A DNA stretch of 20,273 nt from Bacteriovoracia bacterium. Lineage in GTDB: Bacteria; Bdellovibrionota; Bacteriovoracia; Bacteriovoracales; Bacteriovoracaceae. This document shows positions 7,566 through 14,765 of this stretch, piece by piece (position 1 is the first letter of the stretch; each line of letters opens with the position of its first letter). The notes below the pieces were generated by a model that worked only from the letters and a program-made list of their open reading frames with translations, was not told where the DNA came from and made no database searches. The stretch covers positions 1-20,273 of the forward strand of contig JBKHVI010000047.1 in assembly GCA_046570105.1 (NCBI GenBank), in the 5' to 3' direction. Made by a program: the position numbers and the translations under genes.

Positions 7566-8733
7566 AGACGTCGTAACAAACGTCAGTTTCGTAATCGTAG
7601 TCGTAACAGTCTTGACCGTAGTCATCACCATTACCGTAGTCATTTCCGTAATCATTTCCATAATCCGAACCGTAGTCAGGAGTTGGAGATGGACTGTAGT
7701 TTGAGTCGTAATCATTGTAACCATAGTCGTAAGTTGGGCGACTGTAGTTATAAGACTCATCACGGAACGTCTCAGAACAGAAGTAACGGAAGTCGTTAGT
7801 GCGATCATTCAAGTCATCACGCTCGTAAGAACACTGGTCGAAACCGCGGTTACAAGTTTGATTCCAGTATGAACGTACAACTTGGTGTGTGTAGCTATCA
7901 ACGAGTTGGTAGTTACACTGATCAACTGTGCTGTAGCGGTAACGGTAACCGTTGTAGACGTAGTACGGGTAATTGTTAAACACGTAGTAGCCGTTCGAGT
8001 AACCAGTTACTGGCCAGTAGATCCAGTTCAAGTAGACGTAGTTCGGGAACGAGCGGCGAACGTGTGAGTAGTAGTCATACGAGCGGTAGTAGCGAACCGG
8101 ACCGACGTAGACTGAGTTCCACGGAGAGTGGCGGTATCTTGCATATGGCAACGGACGGTACATTGGTGGACGGTGATAGTTGCGAGTTCCGTAGTGAGTA
8201 CGAACAGGCACACGGTACACTGGACGGTACGTTGTTGGACGAGTTGGGCGATAAACTGGACGATGAGGTGCTGGGCGATTGTAGCCACCACCGTTGCCTG
8301 GGCGTGGGATAGGGGCCGGACGATTGTAGCCGCCGCCGTTGCCTGGACGTGGAACAGGAGCTGGGCGATTGATACCGCCGTTACCTGGACGTGGAACTGG
8401 AGCTGGGCGATTGATACCACCATTTCCTGGTGCTGGACGAGAGGGGATAGGGGCCGGACGATTATAGCCGCCGCCGTTGCCTGGAGATGGACGATTCATT
8501 CCGCCGCCATTGCCTGGAGCTGGGCGATTCATTCCGCCGCCATTACCTGGAGCTGGGCGAGAGGGACGTGATGGACCATTATTATTTCCTGGGCCGCCTG
8601 GAACTGGACGACGTTCAACAGTGCCGCCGCCACCGCCGCCTGGAGGGCGACGACGTGGATCTTGTGCGTGAGTCACGTCGATCATCGAACCGATGATCAA
8701 AAGTGAGAGCACAAATTTAGAAGCAAATTTCAT
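7564..8733 (-). CDS. Secreted low-complexity Pro/Gly/Asn/Arg repeat, Tyr-rich protein
   Basis: About 389 aa from ATG 8733 (SD AAAGGGG). Signal peptide MKFASKFVLSLLIIGSMIDVTHA, then PGNGG repeats, a Tyr/Arg-rich centre, a Cys-containing segment and an acidic DYG tail. Strong CGT/AAC/TAC codon bias supports real coding. Confidence 0.85.
   Translation of the reverse strand: MKFASKFVLSLLIIGSMIDVTHAQDPRRRPPGGGGGGTVERRPVPGGPGNNNGPSRPSRPAPGNGGGMNRPAPGNGGGMNRPSPGNGGGYNRPAPIPSRPAPGNGGINRPAPVPRPGNGGINRPAPVPRPGNGGGYNRPAPIPRPGNGGGYNRPAPHRPVYRPTRPTTYRPVYRVPVRTHYGTRNYHRPPMYRPLPYARYRHSPWNSVYVGPVRYYRSYDYYSHVRRSFPNYVYLNWIYWPVTGYSNGYYVFNNYPYYVYNGYRYRYSTVDQCNYQLVDSYTHQVVRSYWNQTCNRGFDQCSYERDDLNDRTNDFRYFCSETFRDESYNYSRPTYDYGYNDYDSNYSPSPTPDYGSDYGNDYGNDYGNGDDYGQDCYDYDYETDVCYDV
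8265..8560 (-). repeat. Intragenic imperfect tandem repeats encoding RPAP(x)nPGNGG(G)(M/I/Y)N, seven PGNGG units
   Basis: Recurring units such as CGATTCATTCCGCCGCCATT.CCTGGAGCTGGG (33-bp period) and longer variants. Boundaries are approximate. Confidence 0.85.
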
Positions 8734-8868
8734 GTAATTCCCCTTTGAAGACAAAAGACTGAATTTCGAGATTGATAGATAACTAACAAGAATTAGTGGA
8801 GTCTGTAGATAAGAATTTGCTTACAGCGTCAAAAGGTAGCCGCAATGCAAAGCTAACTTCCCGAGATA

Positions 8869-8884
8869 AAAGAATTAATTCTTT
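8869..8884. promoter_or_regulatory. Perfect 16-bp palindrome, candidate operator
   Basis: AAAGAATTAATTCTTT upstream of the 7564-8733 gene. The half-site AAGAATT recurs at 8788-8794 and 8811-8817. Confidence 0.4.
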
Positions 8885-8972
8885 GAATGAGAATTTGTTG
8901 ACTCATAAGTCTTTCATTTTTAAAGCGGGGAGGGACAAAATGCACCGCTGATTTTGGGGACAGAGTGGCCCC

Positions 8973-9002
8973 AAAAAAGAAGGCCAGGAATAAATCCTGG
9001 CC
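8973..9002 (-). terminator. Rho-independent terminator of the 9029-11416 gene
   Basis: GGCCAGGA-ATAAA-TCCTGGCC (8982-9002), followed on the minus strand by TTCTTTTTT. Confidence 0.8.
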
Positions 9003-9028
9003 CGTCAAATTGAGATTTTGATTCTTAA

Positions 9029-11416
9029 TTATTGTGCGATCGGCGTCTTAGCTGGTTTATCTGCAGGAACAACTTTCTCAGCACCAAACAATCTTCGCAT
9101 CCCACTTCGCTGATAGCGGTTAGTAAGGATTTGGAATATGTTCGCACCTGGATCTGAGTTGATTTCACTGTCGCCCATTTCATATTGAGCCGCCATAATC
9201 TCGTCGAGCTTTTCTTGGTTCTCAAGACCTTCGTCAGCGATAGTTACGCCACCAGCGTTTAGTCCATCAAGACTGAATTCATCTTTCTTGGCAGCACCAG
9301 CATTGCCGTTCATGTTCACAACGCCACCTTCGTAACCTTTAATTTCTTGTTTCAAATCTGATTTCATCTTTTCTAGTGCATCTGATGGATTCATTCCTGT
9401 ATTGAATGATGGAGTAACCGATGCAGTTGTGGCCGCCCCTGTACTACCGGCAAGATCACGTCTCATGCTGTCCATCATTTCACTGGCCTGTAGCATAGCC
9501 TTTTCGTAATCTTTTTTAATGCCTTTATTCTTAGGATTATTAAGCAACTTTTCTTGAAGTTTTTTAGATTTTGCCGCTAAAGCATTCATACTCGCGGTAT
9601 CAACATCAGCAGCATTTAGAGCACCGGAATTTAAGCCATTTAATGTTGCTGGTAAGTTCCCAAGGAGACTTGTTCCGCCTGGGATGTTGCTTGCTAAATT
9701 TGTAGGAACCTTGGCACAGGTGTTAGTTGTGCGACAGTTACAGTTTGTATCTGCATTCCCTTTGTGATCGGCACAGGACTTGACTGCTGCAGTAGATATT
9801 TTGTTTAGCGTATTTGAGGCTAGATTTGGGTTCGATCCAAAATACTGCTTACAGGTTGCCGACTTACTTCTTGAAGGATTAAGCGTTCCTCCCTCTTGGT
9901 AACAGTAACATTGAGGTTTGCTTAGATTGCTATTTCGATCTGCTGAAGTACAACCAAACGCTTGCCCTGAAGCCAGAACTTGTTGCTTTAATTTTTCCAT
10001 AAACGATTTGCGTTCTTCAGCTTTCTTTTTCTCTTTGTTCGTATGCATAATCATAAAAGCGTTATTCGCTATCATGATTCCAGACAGAGTGATACGAGTC
10101 ATTGGAAGTAAAAATAATGCTTTCCAAGCTCTCGCTTGGGTATACATCATTGCTACACCACCAATCGCAGCAACACCCACCATAGCAAGAATCTTCCCAA
10201 TTCCTTCCATGAAAGCATGTGCTGGAGTGATGGTAAATTCTTGAGCGAGGCGCTTAGCCAATTTCATAAATGTAAGCTGTTCAGCGCTAATGCCTTCGGT
10301 TACATGACGAGCATTTACTCTAAGGTACTCATAATGGTCGATACTTGCTGATACCACTTGCCCACGATGCATTAACTCTAAGTTTTTATTTTGATAGTAC
10401 AAGTCGAGAAAGTCTCGACCGCGGTTATCGTACATCGCATTGGTATACGTCTTAAAATTGATACCTTGCTTGTTTTCAAAAAAGTTGGCCAGGTAGCCAT
10501 TGATATAGATTTCTTGTGATTTTTTTAATTCTGCGAGAGGGTCTGTTGAGTCATCGATACGCTGGCTGCTTGAATCAGCGATCATTGTATCATCGCCGCT
10601 AACCATGTTCATTGAAGCAGATGAGGTAATTTTGCAAGTTAGCATTGAGATAATGGCTGCACCGATAGCTGTCGTAGGTGGGTAAGCGAGTTTTGCTACT
10701 GCAGCGGTATATTCAATTTGCTCGTAAATCGCGAAGCCAAGAGCAGCGGCATAACCTGCAGTTGCAACCATGTAGAGATTATTTTTCATTTTGGCTGCTG
10801 AAATTGTGGCATCTTCTTTTTTGATAAGAGCCTCAAACGATGATGCTTGTGTGTCTGTTGCTCTAGCGTTATCACTAGAATCGCTACTAGCGGATCCAGA
10901 GATTTTCTTTAATTCGTCTTCTGCCTCTTTCGATTTTTTCTCATAAATATTGGCTGACATGACTTCACCGGCTAATACTGCTACGGAAGAGCCAACAATG
11001 AGCCATGAGCTGGTTGCCATCGGACAATCGCCCACGTTCTTTCCAATAATAGCCATTACGCCGGCCATCAAAGAAATCATTGCCAGCATGACAGAGATTA
11101 CGTTCTCTCCTGATTTTTTATGCTTAGAAATTTCTCCCTTATCCTCTGCCTCTTGTACTCGCGCCATTAGGCTGGCATTTAAGCAAGCCTTCTGTTCTTC
11201 AGGAGAATTTTTCTTCATACATTCAGCATTGGCTTCTTGAACCTTTGCTGCCTGTTCAGTACTTAAACAGCGCTGAAGGGTGGAGTTCCACTGTAAGCCT
11301 GAAGCGCAACTTTGACCGTAGGCAACCCAACTCACTGGTGTGTTGGGAATCGCGCCGACCATAAGTTGGAAACCGATGGCGTAAGTTAAAAGACTGGCGA
11401 AAAATTTCTTGAACAT
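9029..11416 (-). CDS. Large exported Cys-rich protein with several hydrophobic helical hairpins and a C-terminal F..LTNRY motif (uncharacterised)
   Basis: 795 aa. SD GAGG; N-terminal signal-like MFKKFFASLLTYAIGFQLMVG...VAYG; about 6 hydrophobic segments; 14 Cys; C-terminal EINSDPGANIFQILTNRY. Confidence 0.85.
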   Translation of the reverse strand: MFKKFFASLLTYAIGFQLMVGAIPNTPVSWVAYGQSCASGLQWNSTLQRCLSTEQAAKVQEANAECMKKNSPEEQKACLNASLMARVQEAEDKGEISKHKKSGENVISVMLAMISLMAGVMAIIGKNVGDCPMATSSWLIVGSSVAVLAGEVMSANIYEKKSKEAEDELKKISGSASSDSSDNARATDTQASSFEALIKKEDATISAAKMKNNLYMVATAGYAAALGFAIYEQIEYTAAVAKLAYPPTTAIGAAIISMLTCKITSSASMNMVSGDDTMIADSSSQRIDDSTDPLAELKKSQEIYINGYLANFFENKQGINFKTYTNAMYDNRGRDFLDLYYQNKNLELMHRGQVVSASIDHYEYLRVNARHVTEGISAEQLTFMKLAKRLAQEFTITPAHAFMEGIGKILAMVGVAAIGGVAMMYTQARAWKALFLLPMTRITLSGIMIANNAFMIMHTNKEKKKAEERKSFMEKLKQQVLASGQAFGCTSADRNSNLSKPQCYCYQEGGTLNPSRSKSATCKQYFGSNPNLASNTLNKISTAAVKSCADHKGNADTNCNCRTTNTCAKVPTNLASNIPGGTSLLGNLPATLNGLNSGALNAADVDTASMNALAAKSKKLQEKLLNNPKNKGIKKDYEKAMLQASEMMDSMRRDLAGSTGAATTASVTPSFNTGMNPSDALEKMKSDLKQEIKGYEGGVVNMNGNAGAAKKDEFSLDGLNAGGVTIADEGLENQEKLDEIMAAQYEMGDSEINSDPGANIFQILTNRYQRSGMRRLFGAEKVVPADKPAKTPIAQ

Positions 11417-11543
11417 AAAAACCTCGAGGGTTGGCTAACTCACTGATATATCTTTAATTATAAGGGACTTATGGAGTTTTTAGGGGGGTGGGAGTTCCCT
11501 GCCGCGGGCCTTCTTTAGAACCACACTGCAAAATCATATAGTT

Positions 11544-11555
11544 AGCTGTGTTTTT
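11544..11555 (-). promoter_or_regulatory. Upstream motif AAAAACACAGCT, copy 2
   Basis: Plus-strand AGCTGTGTTTTT, the exact reverse complement of 2764-2775, 128 bp upstream of ATG 11416. Confidence 0.45.
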
Positions 11556-11612
11556 TGTACTTTTAAGGGGGTGATAACCCTTTTAGTATGTGACCTAAAA
11601 AGTTGGCTCCCT

Positions 11613-12215
11613 ATGCGAATCCTTATACTTCTTCTGGCCCTCATCTCTCTAGGCAGTTACGCCAGCGAGCTCCAAGTGGGCGATGTTATCCTGCAGCCGT
11701 TGCGCTGCTATTCCTGCGGTCTGATTGAGGCCCAGGAGAAGAGCTCCTTCTCTCATATGGGCCTAGTCATTAGTACGACGAGCGGAGTGAAAATTGCCGA
11801 AGCTTTGGGGCAAGTTCGTATTGTCACTCTCGCCGAGTTTCTCGCCAAAGGGGATTCGACTCGTGCTCATAAGATTATGCGTCCTCGCGAAAAGGTCACC
11901 TTTGATTTTATGACTACGATAGAGCCGTGGCTCGGGGCCGAATTTGATCGTGCCTTTCGATGGGATAATTTAGGCCGTGATGGGCGTGAAGCTTTTTATT
12001 GTTCAGAAATGGTCACCAAACTTCTTAATAAGTTTTTGAAGAACAAAATGCCCACCAAGCCGATGGATTTTTCAGAAAACTTCGCAGCCTGGAGTGCTTA
12101 TTTTAATGGCGATGTCCCGCAAGGTGAGCCGGGTATATCTCCTGGCGACTATGAGCATTCAAAGTTATTCAAATGGGTGGCGAGTTTTCAAGGTGGCACA
12201 TGGAACTGGCAATAG
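11613..12215 (+). CDS. Permuted papain-like NlpC/P60 amidase (YiiX/YaeF/YebB family), secreted
   Basis: About 200 aa from ATG 11613 with signal peptide MRILILLLALISLGSYA. LQVGDVIL...FSHMGLV (His) comes before FYCSEMV (Cys), the circularly permuted order; G..FD..F.W and ISPGD are also typical. Confidence 0.85.
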   Translation: MRILILLLALISLGSYASELQVGDVILQPLRCYSCGLIEAQEKSSFSHMGLVISTTSGVKIAEALGQVRIVTLAEFLAKGDSTRAHKIMRPREKVTFDFMTTIEPWLGAEFDRAFRWDNLGRDGREAFYCSEMVTKLLNKFLKNKMPTKPMDFSENFAAWSAYFNGDVPQGEPGISPGDYEHSKLFKWVASFQGGTWNWQ

Positions 12216-13168
12216 AGAGAGTTCAACTGCCGCTGAATGTCGTGTGGAAAATCTCACGTAATGCCAGCACAGAAAAAATTAATTTGATTGTCTCACTTCG
12301 CGACGGTGAACACTTTGTACAATCAGAAGTGGCACCGAATGTTCGTTATGGTGAAACACCAGAAATTATCGAAGCGGAGTTTCTAGAATTTAAAAAAAGA
12401 GCAGCTGGTAATTATCGCCAGGCCCTTGATTCTAAGCCTTGGAAGCATAGCCTGCGTTTTGCTCTTGAATCGGCGTATGTGCATTTAGAGGCCAAGAAAA
12501 GAAAGCAAAGCTTAAAGGATTATCTGGGAGCGACAGGAAATCTAAATATGGCGACATCTATGTCGATACCCATTATGGATCCAACGGAGGTGGAAGCTTA
12601 TCTTGCACCCCTCACGCGTTTCTCCAGTTTGAAAATTAAAGTCAATCAGGACTGTGCCTGGGATTTAGTCAAAGAGGTTGCTCGCGTGGCACCCCATAAA
12701 AAATTGCGTATTGATGGCAACGAAGGCTGGACAGATATGACGAGCTACTTGGCGTTTGAGGCCAAGCTTAAAGGGCTCCCAGTTGAGTTTATCGAGCAAC
12801 CCTTTCCCGCATCTGAGAAAGAGATGTATCGCGAGCTTCATCCTAAGACGCCTTATGTTATTATGGCGGATGAATCTATTGAGGATAACGACAATTTAGT
12901 CGAGTTGCAGTCGATGTTTCGAGCCGTCAATATCAAGTTGATGAAAACCGGCAGTCTGCTGAAAGGGCGAGATTTTTTAATCCGCGCTCGTCAGTTAGGA
13001 TTTAAGACGATGGTCGGTTGTATGGTTGAGACGGGGCTTGGCATTTCTTACGCTCTTCACTTGGCACCTTGGATGGATTGGGCGGATCTCGATGGATTTT
13101 TATTGCTCAAAAATGATCCCTATCCCTTAGTCGGTGAAACCAAGGGTATGGTTTCACTCGTCGATTAG
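12200..13168 (+). CDS. Dipeptide epimerase (L-Ala-D/L-Glu epimerase, enolase/MLE superfamily; YcjG/YkfB-like)
   Basis: Start ATG 12200 (SD AAGGTGG). Motifs WKISR, PNVRYGET, KIK, RIDGNEGW, IEQP, MADES, NIKLMKTG, GCMVE and DLDG (the DxD of Ala-Glu epimerases). Confidence 0.9.
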   Translation: MELAIERVQLPLNVVWKISRNASTEKINLIVSLRDGEHFVQSEVAPNVRYGETPEIIEAEFLEFKKRAAGNYRQALDSKPWKHSLRFALESAYVHLEAKKRKQSLKDYLGATGNLNMATSMSIPIMDPTEVEAYLAPLTRFSSLKIKVNQDCAWDLVKEVARVAPHKKLRIDGNEGWTDMTSYLAFEAKLKGLPVEFIEQPFPASEKEMYRELHPKTPYVIMADESIEDNDNLVELQSMFRAVNIKLMKTGSLLKGRDFLIRARQLGFKTMVGCMVETGLGISYALHLAPWMDWADLDGFLLLKNDPYPLVGETKGMVSLVD

Positions 13169-14161
13169 TTCATTGAGCGGAATTTGATAAATAGCATTGT
13201 GATAATTGATGGCACTTTTCTTATTCACGAGAGTGGCACCCATAAAAACACCGATATCGCTTGGTTCCCACAGATCAGTTATATAGACCTGTCCTTGCAA
13301 GACTGCCACAGAAGCTGGGCCGATCCTTTCTGAATCCATTCCAACTAAATCGACAGAAGTCATTTTGCCACCCAGCTTGAATAGATGGACACGGGCATTT
13401 TTATTATCAAGAGCGATGTAAAGCTCTCGTTCAGGAACATAAGTTAAACCATCAAGCCAAACGCTATAATTAAACTTCATCAGCGTTTTGACTTTTTTTG
13501 TTTTTAGGCTGATGCCGAGAATTTTTCCTTCCAGCGTCTGTGTTGCCAAAATAAACTCTTCATCCGGAGTGAGTGCTAACCCATTAGGCATATCAAGTTC
13601 GAAAAAGACATCACGTCTGGCGATGCTGTTGATACCAATTTTAAATTTATAGATGGAGTGAAGTTTTGTTAGAGAAAAACTATAGATCTTTCCGGTTTGT
13701 GCTGTCAGACCTGCATCCTTGGCACTCACATAGAGCATTTTGTTCTTTTGACCAACCACCAGACCATTCACGTCGCCTAGTCCACACTTCACTAAACGTG
13801 ATTCACGTTTAGAAGGAATTAGCCCTGCGATACAACCTCCCTGCAAACCAGAAATAGCGACCCAAATAAAATCATCATTTTCTGCCGCCAGTCCCATCAC
13901 CATTGAAGTTTCGGGATCCCATCCTGTTATGGTGGAGTAGTTAAATAATTCACCGTCATGAGCGAGACGATTATTTTTATGTTTAAGTGCAATGACTCTT
14001 CCTTCCGTATTACTCCCTACAACGACACCTCCGCCGGGTTTAATCGTAAGTCCTTCAGGGGCAAAAACTCTGGCCGCCAAATGACGAGAGTCGAGTTTGA
14101 GGATGCGATCCTGGGCATAGGCATTGAAGGAAAGCAGTAGGATGAGGAATAAGTGTTTCAT
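13154..14161 (-). CDS. Secreted beta-propeller of SMP-30/gluconolactonase-like type
   Basis: Signal peptide MKHLFLILLLSFNAYA. Blade motifs PEGL, VNGL, PNGLALTPDE, LDGL and VYITD. Confidence 0.7.
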   Translation of the reverse strand: MKHLFLILLLSFNAYAQDRILKLDSRHLAARVFAPEGLTIKPGGGVVVGSNTEGRVIALKHKNNRLAHDGELFNYSTITGWDPETSMVMGLAAENDDFIWVAISGLQGGCIAGLIPSKRESRLVKCGLGDVNGLVVGQKNKMLYVSAKDAGLTAQTGKIYSFSLTKLHSIYKFKIGINSIARRDVFFELDMPNGLALTPDEEFILATQTLEGKILGISLKTKKVKTLMKFNYSVWLDGLTYVPERELYIALDNKNARVHLFKLGGKMTSVDLVGMDSERIGPASVAVLQGQVYITDLWEPSDIGVFMGATLVNKKSAINYHNAIYQIPLNELIDE

Positions 14162-14173
14162 GGCCTTAGCTTT

Positions 14174-14190
14174 TGCAAGGCCCGCGCCAA
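14174..14190 (-). promoter_or_regulatory. sigma54 (-24/-12) promoter
   Basis: The minus strand reads TTGGCGCG-GGCC-TTGCA against consensus TGGCACG-N4-TTGCW, with exact GG-N10-GC spacing. Confidence 0.7.
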
Positions 14191-14241
14191 ATAAAATGAA
14201 GAAAATGAGGGAGATTAATGTCTAGGATTTAGACAGGAAGT

Positions 14242-14270
14242 CAGGGAATGGACAATAAATCCATTCCCTG
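14242..14270 (-). terminator. Perfect 11-bp-stem hairpin just downstream of slyD
   Basis: CAGGGAATGGA-CAATAAA-TCCATTCCCTG, 8 nt after the slyD stop codon. The U-tract is weak. Confidence 0.55.
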
Positions 14271-14278
14271 TGAAGTAT

Positions 14279-14755
14279 CTAGTGGTGTCCGTGGCCGTGA
14301 GCGCCGTGGGCATGTCCGTGAGCCACTTCTTCTTCTGTTGCAGCACGTACAGTGGTGATCTCAACATCAAAGAACAAATCTTTGCCTGCCATCGGGTGGT
14401 TACCGTCAACAGTTACTTCTTCATCATTCATGCTCATGATGGTGAAGACCGGTGAGTGAGCATCTTCGTTGACTTGAAACTGATCACCGATTTGCAATTG
14501 TGCGTCCGGTGGGAATTGTGTGCGCTTAACATTGATCACCAGTTCTTTATTGATGTCGCCGTAGGCATCAGCAGCTTTCACTTCAATTTTACGCTTATCA
14601 CCGACGTTCATAAGAACGAGGACTTTCTCAAGACCAGGAATAATCTGGTGGCTCTGCTCTAAGAAAATGAGCGGCTCGTCGCCTACAGAACTATCAATAA
14701 CAGTTCCTGCTTTGTCGGTAAGTGTGTAGTGGAATCCGATAACTCGTCTGCTCAT
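14279..14755 (-). CDS. slyD: FKBP-type peptidyl-prolyl isomerase / metallochaperone SlyD
   Basis: HYTL..G..IDSS...PL, IIPGLE, AYG, VDGNHPMAGKDL.F.VEI..VR.AT.EE and a His-rich tail HGHAHGAHGHGHH. SD GAGGAG. Confidence 0.95.
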   Translation of the reverse strand: MSRRVIGFHYTLTDKAGTVIDSSVGDEPLIFLEQSHQIIPGLEKVLVLMNVGDKRKIEVKAADAYGDINKELVINVKRTQFPPDAQLQIGDQFQVNEDAHSPVFTIMSMNDEEVTVDGNHPMAGKDLFFDVEITTVRAATEEEVAHGHAHGAHGHGHH

Positions 14756-14765
14756 GGCCTTCTCC

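Noticed and set aside
8265..8560. Tandem repeats considered as a CRISPR array
   Set aside because: The repeats are in-frame, degenerate at third codon positions, and lack unique spacers. No cas genes are present.
7467..8696. Multiple alternative-frame and antisense ORFs over the repeat-protein gene
   Set aside because: These are expected shadows of a repetitive, codon-biased gene and have no SD or recognisable features.
8846..8864. Possible sigma54 promoter upstream of the repeat-protein gene (GGGAAGTTAGCTTTGCA, minus strand)
   Set aside because: The GG-to-GC spacing is 11-12 nt rather than the required 10.
2883..11416. Region considered as a prophage, genomic island or known secretion-system locus
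   Set aside because: I see no integrase, transposase, att-like repeat, phage structural gene or recognisable secretion-apparatus gene.
13154..13168. 15-bp convergent overlap of the epimerase and beta-propeller genes
   Set aside because: Short tail-to-tail overlaps are common in compact genomes.
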